This document shows positions 1-14,800 of a DNA stretch of 64,000 nucleotides, piece by piece. The position numbers and the translations under genes are program-made. Within the stretch, counting starts at the first letter, position 1; every line of letters begins with the position of its first letter. The stretch is taken from NCBI RefSeq assembly GCF_009914755.1, contig NC_060945.1; one strand, given 5' to 3'. Under the pieces are notes generated by a model, which ran no database searches, was not told the origin of the DNA, and saw only the letters and a program-made list of their open reading frames with translations. The DNA comes from the human T2T-CHM13v2.0 reference genome, Homo sapiens.

Positions 1-3000
1 ATTCCACTCCATTCCATTCCATTCCATTCCATTCCAATCCATTCCATTCCATTTCATTCCATTCCATTGCATTCAATTCCTTACCATTCCATTACTCTCG
101 ATTCCATTCCATTTCATTCCATTCCATTCCATTCCATTCCATTCCATTCCATTCCATTCCATTCCATTCTATTCCAATTCTCTTGATTCCATTCCATTCC
201 ATTGCATTCCATTCCGGTCCAATCCATTCCACTCCACTCCAATTCACTCCTCTCCACTCCACTGCATTCCATTTCACTCCTCTCCATTCCATTACATTCC
301 TTTCCACTCCACTTAACTCCATACCACTACATTCATATCCACTCCATTCCATTCCACTCCATTCCATTACGGTCCATTCCATTCCACTCCACCCCTCCCC
401 ACTCCACTCCACTGCATTCCATTCTCACCAATTCATTCCCCTCCATTCCATTCCACTCCATTCCGTTCCACCCCATTCCATTGCAATCCATTCCATTCCA
501 TTCCATTCCACTCTACTCCAGTCCACTCCAATCTATTCCACTGCATTACATTCCAATCCATTTCTTTCCATTCCATTGAATTTCATTCCAATCGACCCAG
601 CTCCAATCCACTCCAATCCACTCAATTTATTTGCATTCCATTCCGTTCATTTTCATTCCGTTCCATTCTATTCCACTCCACTTATTTCCATTCCACTCCA
701 ACACACTCCATTCCATTCGTTTCCTTTCTATTTCATTCCATTCCATTCCATTCCATTCCATTCCATTCCACTCCTTCCCATTCCATTCTTTTCATTCCAT
801 TCCATTACACTCCACTGCACTGCATTTCTCTCCACTAAATTCCATTCCATACCATTCCATTCCATTGCTTTCCACTCCATTCCTTTCCATTCCATTCCAC
901 TGAATTCCCCTCCACTCCTTTGCATTCAACTCCACTCCATTTCGTTTCAGTACACTACTATCCGTTCCATTGCATTTCATTCCACTCCCCTCCATTGCAT
1001 TCATCTCCACTCCATTCCATTTCATGATACTGCACTCCCTTCCATTCCATACCAATCCATTCCACTCCATTCCATTCCATTCCGTTCTATTCCATTCCAT
1101 TCCATTCAATTCCACTTCAATCCATTCCATTCCATTCTGTTCCTTTCCATTCCATTCCATTCCATTGCATTCCGTTCTATTATATTCCATTCCATTCCAT
1201 TCCACTCCACTCCATTCCACTTCACTCCAGTCCATTCAACTCCATTCCATTCCATTCCACTCCACTCCATTCCATTCCAATCCACTCCTCTCTATTGCAC
1301 TCTATATTCCATCGCACTACAATACACTCCATTCCATTCCACTCCATTCAATTCCACTCCACTCCATTCCTTTCCACTCCACTGCATTCCATTCCAGTCC
1401 TTTCCATTCCATTCAAATCCATTCCACTTCATTCCACTCCATTCCATTCCTCTTCATTCCTCCCGACTCCATTCCAGTCCACTCCATTGCCTTCCATTCC
1501 ATTCCAATCGATTCCACTCCAGTACACTTCATTCCACCCCAATCCATTCCATTCCATTCAATTACCATCCACTCGACCTCACTCCACTGCACTCCATTCG
1601 ATTCCATTCCTTTCATTTCCATTCTACATCACTCAATTATATTTCACTCCATTCCATTCCACCCCATTCCATTCCTCTCCACTCCATTCCACACCATTAC
1701 TTTCCACTCCACTGCATACCCTTCCATTCCATTCAATCACATTCTATTCAATTTCATTCCACTCGACCCCACTCCACTCCACTCCAATCAATTCCATTGC
1801 TTCCATTCCATTCCGTTTCATTCCCATTCATTCCATTCCACTCCACTGAATTCCAATCCACTCCACCCCACGCCATTGCGTTTCATTCCATTCCATTCCA
1901 TTCCACTGCATTTCCTTCCATTCCACTCCATTCCATTCCAATGCACTCCACTGCACTACATTCCACTCCATTCCATTCCAATCCACTCCTCTCCTCACCA
2001 TTCCATTCCATTCCACTCCACTGCAGTCCATTCCATTCCTCTCTACTCCACTCCAATCCATTCCAATCCATTCCATTCCATCACATTCCATTCTATTACA
2101 CTGCATTGCATTCGATTCCATTTCATTGCATTCCATTCCTTTCATTCCATTTCTCTCTACTCCATTCCATACCACTCCACCCCACTCCACTCCATTCCAC
2201 ACCATTCCATTCCATTCCACTCTGTTCTGTTCCATTCCATTCCTCTCCACTCCATTCCACTCAATTTCATTCCACTCCACTCCACTCCATTGCATTCCAC
2301 TCCTCTTTATTCCACTCCATTCCATTCCACTCCACTCCATTTCGTTCCATTCCATTTCACTCCTCTCCATCCCTTTCAATATCATGCCAACGCACGCCCT
2401 TCCTCCCAATTCCATTCTATTCCTTTCCATTGCATTCCATTCCACTCCACTGCATTCTATTCCATTCAACTCCAATCCATTTCACTCCACTGCACTCCAC
2501 TCCATTCCATTCCATACCACTCCATTCTACGGTCTCCATTCCACCCCATTCCATTTCATTCCACCACACTCCATTCCATTCCATTCCATTCCATTCCATT
2601 CCATTCCGTCTATTCCATTCCACCCCACTCCATGGCACTCCAATCAACTCCATTCGAGTCCACTCCATTCCATTCCATTCTCTTCCACTCCACTCCATTC
2701 CGCTCCATTCCACTACATTCAATTCCATTCCACTTCCCTCGATTACATTCCATTCCATTCCAATCCACTCCATTCCATTCAATTCCACTCCACTGCATTC
2801 CATTCCATTCCAATCCATTCCATTGTCTTCCATTCCTTTCCATTCCATTTCATTCCATTGCATTGCATTCCATTCCATTCCACTCCACTCAGTTCCATTC
2901 CATTCGACTCCACTCCATTCCATTCCATCCCATTCCACTCCGCTCCACTCCATACCATTCCACTCCATTCCATTCCACTCCACTCCACTCATTTCCATTC

Positions 3001-6000
3001 CATTCCACTGCATTCCATTCCATTCCACTCCATTCCATTCCATTCCATTCCATTGCATTCCATTCCATTCCATTCCTTTCCCTTCCATTCCACTCCACTC
3101 TATTCCATTCCTTTACGTTCCACTCTATTCCACTCCATTCCATTCCATTCCATTCTATTCCATTCCCTTCCACTCCATTCCATTCCAGTCCTTTCTATGC
3201 CATTCCATTCCATTCCATTCCACTACACACCGTTCCATTCCATTACACTCCATTCCATTCCACTGAATTCCATTCCATTCCATTCAATTGCGTTCCAATC
3301 CATTCCACTCCACTCAGTTCCATTCCATTCCACTCCACTCCAATCCATTCCATCCCCTTGCTCTCCACTCCACTCCATAAAATTCAACTCCAGTACATTC
3401 CACTCCAATCCACACAGTTCCATTCCATTCCACTCCATTCCATTCCATTCGATAACATTTCATTCCATTCCACTCCATTCCATTCCATTCCTTTCGATTC
3501 CATTCAATTGCGCTCTACTCAATTCCATTCCACTCCACCCCACTACATTCCATTCCATTCCATTTCATTCCATTCCGTTCAATTTCATTTCATTCTTTCC
3601 ATACCATTCCATTACACTCCATTCCATTCCATTCCACTCCATTTCCTTCCATTCCACTCCAGTCCACCACATTCCACTCCAATCCATTCCACTCTACTCC
3701 CCTCTTCTCCATTCCATTCCATTCCATTCCGTTCCACTACACCCCAGTCCATTCCATTTCATTCCACTCCACTCCACGCCTTTCCAATCCATTTCAATGC
3801 ATCACATGCCATTCAATTTCAATGCATTCCATTCGATTCCATTCCACTCCATTTCACTCCACACTATTCCATACCACTCAATCCCACTCCACTCTATTCC
3901 ACTCTATTCCATTCAATTCCACTCCACTCCATTCCATTCCACTCCATTCCACTCCACTTCATTCCACTCCACTCCACTCCATTCCATTCCACTCCTCTCT
4001 ATTCCGCTCTATTGAATTCCATTCCATTGCACTCCACTCCATTCCGTTCGATTGCATTCCATCCAACTGCCCTCCTTCCCGTTCCATTCCATTCCTTTCC
4101 ATTCCATTCCATTCTCCTCTACTTCATTTCTTTCCACTCCACTCCACTCCATTCCATTCCATTCCATTCCATTCCACTACGCTCCATTCCATTCCATACC
4201 ACTCTACTCCACCCATTCAATTCCATCCCATTCCATTTCATTACAACACACTGTACTCCATTCCATTCTGCTCTTTTCCATTCCACGCCACTCCCTTCCA
4301 CTCCACTCATCTCCATTTCATTCCACTCCATTCCATTCCATTCCATTCCACTCCAAACCATTACACTCCATTCCACTACATTCCATTCCATTCCACTACC
4401 CTCGTTTATATTCCATTCCATTCCACTCCCCTCCATTCCATTCAATTCAACTGCACTCCATTCTATTCCATTCCACTCCATTCCATTGCATTCCATTCCT
4501 TTCCATTCCATTCCACTCCACTCAATTCCATTCCGTTCCTCTCCACTCCATTCCGTTCCATCCCTTTCCACTCCACTCAACTCCATACCATTCCCCTTCA
4601 TTCCATTCCACTGCACTCCACACAGTTCCATTCCATTCCACTCCATTCCATTCCAATCCTTCCGATTCCATTCCATTCCATTCCTTTCCATTCCATTCCA
4701 TTCCACTCTATGCCATTCCATTCCTTTCCATTCCATTCCACTACAGTCAATTCTGTTCCTTTCCATTCCACTCCACTCCATTCCATTCCATTCTTCTCCA
4801 TTCCATTCCACTCCATTCCATTCCATTCCATTCCATTCCATTCCATTCAATTCCATTCCATTCCACTCCTTTTAATTCCATTCCTTTCCATTCCATTCCA
4901 TTGCACTGCACACCGTTTCATTTCATTCCACTCCATTCCATTCCACTCCTTTCAATTCCATTCCATTCTTTTCCACTCCACTCCATTCCATTCCATTCCA
5001 CTCCATTCCATTCCATTCATTTCCTTTCCATTCCATTCCTTTCTATTCCATTCCACTCCATTCAATTCCACTCCTCTCAATTCAACTCCATTCTCCTCTA
5101 CTCCACTACAATCCACTCTTCTCCATTCCATTCCATTCCATTCCACTGCACTTCAGTCCATTCCAATCCATTCCATTCCATTCCCCTCCACTCCACTCAA
5201 CTCCATTCCACTCCATTCCATTCCGACCTATTCCTTTCCACTGCACTCCATTCCACTCCATTCCACTCCAATCTATTCCATTCCATTCCCTTCCATTCCA
5301 CTATAATTCCTTCCATTCCATTCCAGTCCACTCCATTCCACTCCAATCCATTCCACTTCATTCCACTGCACACCACTGCATTCCATTCCATTCCATTTCA
5401 TTCTATTCAATTTCATTCCACAAATCCCCACTACATTCCAGTCTACTCCACTCCATTCCATTCCATTTCATTAAATTCCGTTCAATTCCATTGCATTCCA
5501 ATCTACCGCATTCCATTCCACTCCAACCCACTCCATTCCATTCCTTTCCGTCTCATTCCATTCCATTCCATTTGATTCCATTCCCTTCCATCCCATTCCC
5601 CTCCATTCCATTACATTCCACTCCCTTCCCTTCCAATGGGTTCCATTCCACCACATTCCTCTCCAATCCATTCCAATCCTCTCTATTCCATTCCATTCGA
5701 TTCCATTCCACACCACTCCCCTCCTCCCCTTTCCGTTCCATTGCAATCCATTCCATTCCATTCCAATCTGTTCGATTCCAATCCATTGAATTACATTCTA
5801 TTCCACTTAACTCAATTCCCTTCCATTCCACTCAAATCCACTTCATTCAACCCCATTCCTTTCCATTCCTTTCCATTGCCTTTCATTTATTTACCATCCA
5901 CCCGATCCCACTCCACTGCACTCCACTCCACTACATTCCACTCCACTCCACTGAACTCCATTCCACTTCATTCCATTCCACCCCATTCCATTCCACTCCA

Positions 6001-6107
6001 CTCCCTTCCACTCTATTCCAGTCCAATCCATTCCATTCCATTCCATTCCACTCTATTCCATTCCATTCCATTCAACTCCACGTCATTCCACTCCATTCGA
6101 TTCCACT

Positions 6108-6270
6108 CCACAGCGTTCCTTTCCTTTCCATTCCATTCCATCCCATTCTTTTCAATTTCATTTTACTCGACCCCAATCCATTCCACACCACAGCGTTCCT
6201 TTCCTTTCCATTCCATTCCATCCCATTCTTTTCAATTTCATTTTACTCGACCTCACTCCATTCCACACCA
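6108..6270 (+). repeat. 80-bp tandem duplication
   Basis: CCACAGCGTTCCTTTCCTTTCCATTCCATTCCATCCCATTCTTTTCAATTTCATTTTACTCGACC occurs identically at 6108 and 6188. Confidence 0.9.
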
Positions 6271-9200
6271 CTCCAATCAATTTCATTGCTTCCATTCCAT
6301 TCTGTTCCATTCCAGTCCTTTCCATTCCACTCCATTCAAATCTATTGAATTCAACTGCACACCATGCAATTCCATTCCATTCCATACCTATCCATTCCCT
6401 TCCACTCCATTCCATTCCAATCTACTCCACTCCACTACATTCCTCTACATTCCATTGCACTCCACTCTACTCTACTCTATTCCGTTCCATTCCTCTCCAC
6501 TCCGGTCAATTCTACTCCATTGCATTCCATTTCGTTCGATTCATTTCAAATGCATTGTTTTCACCTCCATTCCAATCCATTCCATTCCACTCCACTCCAC
6601 TCCATTCTATTCCACTCCTCCCCATTCCACTCCATTCCATTCCACTCCTCGCCATTCCATTCTATTCCATTTCACTCCACTCCATTCCATTACATTGCAT
6701 TCCACCCCACTCCCCTCCTCCCAATTTCACTCCACTCCTTTCCATTCCATTCCATTGCCCTCCACTCCATTCCATTCTAATCCACTCCACTCCATTCCAT
6801 TCCATTCCATTCCATTCCATTCCATTTCACTACACTCCGTTCCATTGCATGACACTAAATTCCACCCACTTCATTCCATCCCGTTCCATTTCATTCCACC
6901 ACATTCCATTCCACTTTATTCCATTCCAACCCACTCCATTCCACTCCACTCAACTCCATTCCAGTCCACTCCATTCCTTTCCACTCCATACCATTCCACT
7001 CTACTCCACTCCCATCCATTCCAGTCCATTCCATTCCTCTCCACTCCATTCCAATCCATTCCAATCCATTCCATTCCATTTCACTCATCTCGTTTACATT
7101 CAATTTCATTCCACTCTAATCCTTTACAGTCTATTCCAATCCACTCCAATCCATTCCCTTCCATTCCACTCCATTCCTTTGTATTCCATTCCATTCCATT
7201 CCATTACAATCCATTCCATTCCGTTCCAATCCTTTCCAATCCATTCCATTCCATTCCATTGAATTCCATTCCATTTCACTCCACTCAATTCCATTCCATT
7301 CCACTCCACTCCATTCTACTCCATGCCATTGCATTCTATTCCACTCCTTTCCATTCCAGCCCACTCCATTACATTCCACTCCATTCCATTCCATTCCATT
7401 CCTTTGAATTCAATTCCATTCCACTAAACTAAATTCCATTCAATTCCACTCCACCCCAATTCACTCCAATACACTCCATTCCATTCCATTCCAATCTATT
7501 TCACTCTACTCCATTTCATTCAATTCCACTCCATTGCATTCCATTCCATTCCATTCCATTCCAATCCATTGAATTCCTTTCCATTCCAGTCCACTCCATT
7601 CCATTCCACTCTACTCCATTTTGCTCCATTCAATTCCATTCCATTCCTTTCCTTTCCATTCCATTCCACTCTACTCCATTCTATTCCATTCCACTCCATT
7701 CCATTCCATTCTATTCCATTCCGTTTCTTTCCATCACACGGAATTCCATTCCATTCCACTCCACTCCATTCCATTCCATTCCACTCCACTCCATTCCATT
7801 CCATTCCACTCCACTCCATTCCATTCCATTCCACTCCATTCCAATGCATTCAATTCCTTTCCTTTCCATTCAATTCCATTCTATTCCATTCAATTGAATT
7901 CCATTCCATTCCCCTCCACTCAATTCCATTCCATTCCACTCCACTCCATTCCACTGCATTCCATTCCATTCCATTCCTTTCCATTCCTTTTCAATCCATT
8001 CCTTTCCATTCCCCTCCATTCCGTTCCATTCCATTCCACTCCTTTCAATTCCATTCCATTCAATTCCATTCCATCCTACTGAATTCCATTCCATTCCACT
8101 ATACTAAATTTCATTCCATTCCACTCGATGCCAGTTCACTCCACTCCATTCCATTCCTTTCCATTCCAATCTATTCCAGTCCACCCAATTTCATTCTATT
8201 CCATTCCATTCCATTCCACTCCATTCCATTCCACTCCACTCCATTCCATTCCACTCGACTCCATTCCATTCCATTCAATTCCACTCATCTCCTTTCCATT
8301 CCTTTCCACTCCATTCCATTCCTTGGCATTCCACTCAACTCCATTCCATTCCTTTCAACTCCATTCCATTCCATTTCATTTTATTCCTTTCCATTCCAAT
8401 CCATTGAATTCAATTCCATTCAACTGCACTCCATTCTATTCCAGTCCACTCCATTCCACTCCATTCCATTCCATTCCATTCCATTCCATTCCATTCCATT
8501 CCATTCCATTCCAATTTATTCCTATCTATTCCATTCCACTCCACTCCTTTCTATTCCATTCCATTCCATTCCATTCCATTCCATTCCATTCCATTGCACT
8601 CTACTCCATTCCATTCTGTTCCACTCCACTCCATTCCATTGAATTCCCTTCCATTCCACTCCATTCCATTCCATTCCACCCGACCCCACCCCATCCCACT
8701 CCACTCCATTCCATTCCATTCCATTTCATTCCATTTCCTTTCATTACAATACATTCCACTGCTTTCCCTTCCATTACACTACATTCCATTCTAATCCAGT
8801 CCATTCCACTTCATTCCACTCCATTCCATTCCTGTCCACTGTCCCCCTCTCCATTCTATTCGGTTCCAATCCATTCCGTTCCCTTCCATTCCGTTCGATT
8901 CCATTCCATTCCATTCCACTCCACTCCACTACATTCCACTTCACTCCATTCCATTCAACTCCACTCCTTTCCTTTCCATTCCACTCCTCTCCATTCCACT
9001 CTATGCCATTGCACTCCACACCACTCCATTCCATTCCACTCCATTCCATTCCAATCCACTCCGCTGCATTCCGCTTCATTACAATCCATTCCATTCCACT
9101 TCATTCCACTGGTCTCCATTCCACTCCATTCCATTCCATTCCATTCCATTCCATTCCATTCCATTCCATTCCATACACTCCACTCCATTCCATTCCATTC

Positions 9201-11580
9201 CATTCCTCAAATCCACTTCTTTCCACCTCATTGCATTCCATTCCATTCAATTTCCATCCAGTGGAACCCACTCTTCTTCACTTCACTCCAATCCGTTCCA
9301 TTGCTTTCCATTTCATTGCATTCCATTCCAATCCACTCATCTCTCTTCCACTCCATTCAATTCTTCCCCATTCCATTCCTCTCCACTGCATACCACTCCA
9401 TTCCACTCCCATCCAGTCCATTGCATTCCACTCTAATGCATTCCATTCCATTCCACTCCACGCAATTCCCCTGCATTCCATTCCACTCCACTGCATGCCC
9501 TTCCTTTCCATTGCATTCCATTTTATTCAATTTCATTCCACTCGACCCCACTCCACTCCACTCCACTGCAATCAATTCCATTGATTCCATTCCATTCCTT
9601 TCCATTCCAGTCGTTTGCTGTCCACTCCACTCAATTCCATTACACTCTACCGAACGCAATTCCATTCCATTCCATTCCATTACAATCCATTCCATTCCTT
9701 TCCAATGCATTTCATTTCATTATACTCCATTCCATTCCAATCCACTCCTCTCCTCTCCATTCCATTCCATTCTATTCCATTCCATTTCATTCCATTCCAC
9801 TCTACTCCAGTATATTCCTTTCCACTACACTCCACTTCACTCCATTCCAATCCATTCCATTCCATCATATTCCATTCAATTTCACTGCATTCCTTTCGAT
9901 TCCTTTCCATGCCATTCCTCTCCACTCCACTCCATTTCATTCAATTCCACTTCATTCCATTCAATGACACTACACTCCGTTGCACTCCATACCAATCCAT
10001 TCCACTCCATTCCATTCCATTCCATTCCATTCCATTCCATTCCATTCCATTCCATTCCATCACACTCCTTTCCATTACATTACTCTCTACTCCATTGCAC
10101 TCCACTGCATTCCAATCCACAGAACTCCATTTCATTCCCCTCCTTTTCATTCCAATCTATATCATTCCACTCCACTCCATTCCATTCCATTCCATTCCAC
10201 CACACTCCTTTCCATTACATTCTAACTCTACTCCATTCCACTCCACTCCAATGCAATCCACTCCAATCCATTCCATTCCCATCCATTTCATTCCAATCTA
10301 TACCTTTCCTCTCCACTCCATTCCATTCCATTTCATCGCACTACACTCCTTTCCATTCCATTCCACTCCTTTCCATTCCACTCCAATCCCCTTCTTTACA
10401 TTCCATTCCATTCCATTTCATTACATTCCGTTCCGTTCCTTTCCATTCCAATCCACTCCAATACATTCCATTTCACTCCATTTCATTCCATTCTATTCCA
10501 CTCTACTCCATTCCATTCTATTCCACTACATTCCGTTCCATTCCACTCCATTCCATTCCATTCCATTCCACTCCACTTCATTCCATTCCATTCCCATCCA
10601 TTCCATTCCTTTCCACCCCACTTCCCTCCTCATTCCATTCCATTCCATTCCATTCTATTCCTCTCCAACCCATTCCATTCCTGTACACTCCATTCCATTT
10701 AATTCCATTCCATACCACTCCATTCCATTACACTCCATTCCATTCCATTCTACTCCATTCCACACCACTTCATTCAATTCCATTCCTTTCCACGTCACCC
10801 ATTCCGTTCTATTCTACTCTACTCCTTTCCTCTCCACTCAACTCCATTACATTCCACTCCTTTCGATTCCATTCCTTTGTATTCCATTCCATTCCATTCC
10901 ATTCCGCTCCATTCCATACCACTCCTTTCCACTCTACTACATTCTGTTCCACTCCATATCATTCGTTTCCAATTCGTTCCATTCCATTCCACTCCACTCC
11001 TTTCCTCTCCACTCCATTCCACTCCAATCCCCTCACTTACATTCCATTCCACTGTAATCCATTCCATTCCACTCCACTCCATTCCACTCCATTCCATTTC
11101 ACTCAACTGCATTCCATACCATTACATTCTATTGCATTCCATTCCATTCTTTTCAATTTCATTCCACTCGACCCCAATCCACAGAACTCCACTCCAATCA
11201 ATTCTATTGCTTCCATGCCATTCCGTTCCATTGCAATCCGTTCCATTCCACTCCACTCAAATCCATTCCAATCCAACCCACGTAGTTCGATTCCATTATA
11301 TTCCAATCATTGCCATTCCATTCCATTCTCCTCTATTTCATTCCTTTCCACTCCACTCCAGTTCATTCCACTCCATTCCATTCCACTCCACTTCCTACCT
11401 CTGCATTCCATTCCATTCCACTCCACTAAGTTCCATTCCATTCCACTCCACTGCATTCCATTCCATCCATTCCACACCACTCCACTCCATAGCATTCCAC
11501 TCCATTCCATTCCACTCCACTCCACACAGTTCCATTCCTTTCCACTCCATTCCATTCCATTCGCTTCCATTCCATTCCAT

Positions 11581-11844
11581 TCCACTCCATTCCATTCCAA
11601 TCCACTCCATTCCATTCCACTCCACTAAATTCCATTCCGTTCCATTCCACTCCACTCCATTCCTCTTCATTTCACTCCATTCCATTCCATTCCATTCCAT
11701 TCCACTCCATTCCATTTCATTCCACTCCATTCCATTCCAATCCACTCCATTCCATTCCACTCCACTAAATTCCATTCCGTTCCATTCCACTCCACTCCAT
11801 TCCTCTTCATTTCACTCCATTCCATTCCATTCCATTCCATTCCA
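11581..11844 (+). repeat. 140-bp-period tandem duplication
   Basis: 11581-11704 is identical to 11721-11844, including the rare words TCCACTAAAT (11621/11761) and TCCTCTTCATTTCAC (11661/11801). Confidence 0.9.
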
Positions 11845-14800
11845 TTCCATTCCATTCCACTCCATTCCATTTCATTCCATTCCATTCCATTCCACTCCAT
11901 TCCATTTCATTCCATTCCATTCCATTCCATTCCATTCCACTCCATTCCATTTCATTCCATTCCATTCCACTCCATTCCATTCCACTCCATTCCATTTCAT
12001 TCCATTCCATTCCACTCCATTCCATTCCACTCCATTCCATTTCATTCCATTCCATTCCACTCCATTCCATTTCATTCCATTCCATTCCACTACACACCGT
12101 TTCATTCCATTCCAATCCATTCCATTCAACTCAATTCCATTCCATTCCATTCCACTCCACTCAGTTTCATTCCATTCCACTCCACTCCATTCCATTGCAT
12201 CCCATTCCACTCCACTCAACTCCATACCAATCCACTGCTTTCCATTCCACTCCACACATTTCCATTTCATTCCACTCCATTCCACTCCATTTGATAACAT
12301 TCCATTCCATTCCACTCCATTCCAGTCCATTCCATTCTCTTCCATTCCATTCCTTTCCTTTCCATTCCACTCCACTCCAATCCATTCCTTTCCATGCCAC
12401 TCGACTACTTTCCTTTCCATTTCACTCCATTCCATTCCATTCCATTCCATTCCATTCCATTCCTTTCCATTCTATTCCATTCCATTCAATTCCATTCCAT
12501 TCCATTCCATTCCATTCCATTCCATTCCATTCCATTCCATTCTACTCCATTCCATTCTATTCCATTCCATTCAATTCCATTCCATTCCATTCCATTCAAT
12601 TCCACTACACACCATTCCATTCCATTGCACTCCCTTCCATTCCACTCAATTCCAATCCATTCGGTTCCATTCCATTCCATTCCATTCCTCTCCACTTCAT
12701 TCCATTCCATTCCATTCCATTCCATTCCATTCCATTCTCTTCCACTCCACTCAATTCCACTCTATTCTCCTCCACTCCACTACATTCCACTGCTCTCCAT
12801 TCCATTCCATTCCACTCCGCTGCATTCCACACAATTCCACTACATTCTATTCCATCACATTCCCTTCAATTCCACTGTATTGCATTTGATTAAATTCCAT
12901 TCCGTTCCGTTCCACTCCTCTCCACTCGATTCCATTCCACTACTCCCCATTCCACTCCTTTCCATTCTGCTCCTCACCATTCTGTTCCATTCCATTTCAC
13001 TCCACTTCATACCATTTCATTGCATTCCATCCCACTCCCCTCCTCCCAATTCCATTCCATTCCTTTCCATTCCATTCCAGTACCCTCCTCTCCATTCCAT
13101 TCCCCTCCACTCCACTACACTCCATTCCATTCCATTCCATTCCATTCCATTCCATTCCATTCCATTCCATTCCACTACGCTCCATTCCATTGCATATCAC
13201 TCCATTCAACCCACTTCATTCCATCCTATTCCATTTCATTCCACACACTCCATTCCATTCCACTCTATTCCCTTCCAACCCACTCCATTCCACTCCACTT
13301 AACTCCATTCCAGTCCGCTCCTTTCCTTTTCACTCCATACCATTCCAGTCCACTTCACTCCAATCCATTAAATTCCATTCCATTCTGCTCCATTCCATTA
13401 CAATCCATTCCACTCCATTCCATTCCATTTCACTCATGTCATTTACATTCCATTCCGTTCCACTCCAATCCTTTCCATTCCATTCTATTCCACTCCAATC
13501 CATTCTATTCCATTCCACTCCATTCCATTGCATTCCATTCTATTCCATTCCGTTCCATTCCATTGAATTCCATTCCATTTCACTCCACTCAATTCTATTC
13601 CATTCCCCTCCATTCCATTGCGTTCCATTCCATTCTTTTCCATTCCACTCCACTCCGTTGCATTCCACTCCATTCCATTCCATTCCATTCCGTTCCTTTG
13701 AATTCCATTCCATTCCACTAAACTAAATTCCATTCCATTCAGCTCGACCCCAGTTCACTCCACTCAACTCCATTCTATTCCATTTCAATCTATTTCACTC
13801 TAGTCAATTCCATTCCATTCCATTCCACTCCACTAGATTCCATTCCACTCCATTCCATTACACTCCACTCCATTCCATTCCATTCCCCTCCATTCCATTC
13901 CATTCCATTCCATTCCATTCCATTCCATTCAATTACAATCAATTGAATTCCTTTCCATTCCATCCCACTCCTTTCCATTCCACTATGCTCCATTCCACTA
14001 CTTACCATTGCATTCCATTCCATTCCCTTCCATTCCATTCCATTTCATTCCATTCCATTCCACTCCATCACATGGAATTCCATTCCATTCCACTCTATCA
14101 CATGGGATTCCATTCCATTCCACTTCACGCCCTTCCATTATATTTCACTCCATTCCATTCCATTCCATTCCGTTCCATTCCGTTCTATTCCATTCCATTC
14201 CTTTCCATTCCATTCCATTCCGTTCCACTCTAATCCATTCCATTCCTCTCCACTCCGTTCCATTCGATTCCATTCAATTCCATTCCATTCCAATAAATTG
14301 AATTCCATTCCATTCCACTCCTGTCCATTCCATTTCATTCCACCCGATCCCACCCCATTCCACTCCACTCCATTCCATTCAATTCCATTCTCTTCCACTA
14401 CACTCAATACCATTTCTCTCCACCCCACTCCATTCCATTCCATTCCATTTCATTCCATTACATTACATTACAATATATTCCACTGCTTACCATTCTATTC
14501 CACTACATTCCTTTCCAATCCACTACACTCCGCTTCATTCCACCCCGTTGCATTCCTCTCCATTCCCCTCCTCTGCATTCCATTCGATTTCATTTCATTC
14601 TGTTCTATTCCATTCCGTTCTATTGCATTCCATTCCACTCCATTCCACTCCACTCCACTCCAATTCATTCCACTCCACCGCACTCTCTTCAACTCCATTC
14701 CATTCCATTCCACTCCACTCCGTTCCATTTCATTCCACTCCTCTCCATTCCACTCTATTCCATTGCACTTCTCTGCACTCCATTCCATTCCACTCCATTC

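Noticed and set aside
183-4875. Very long + strand ORFs (1027 aa, 1301 aa; similarly 8128-11628, 1166 aa) encoding (HSIPF)n-like peptide
   Set aside because: CATTC x3 is 15 nt, so all three frames give the same pentapeptide, and stop codons need rare TAA/TAG/TGA variants. The ORFs overlap in all frames, many start at non-ATG codons, and none has domain-like sequence.
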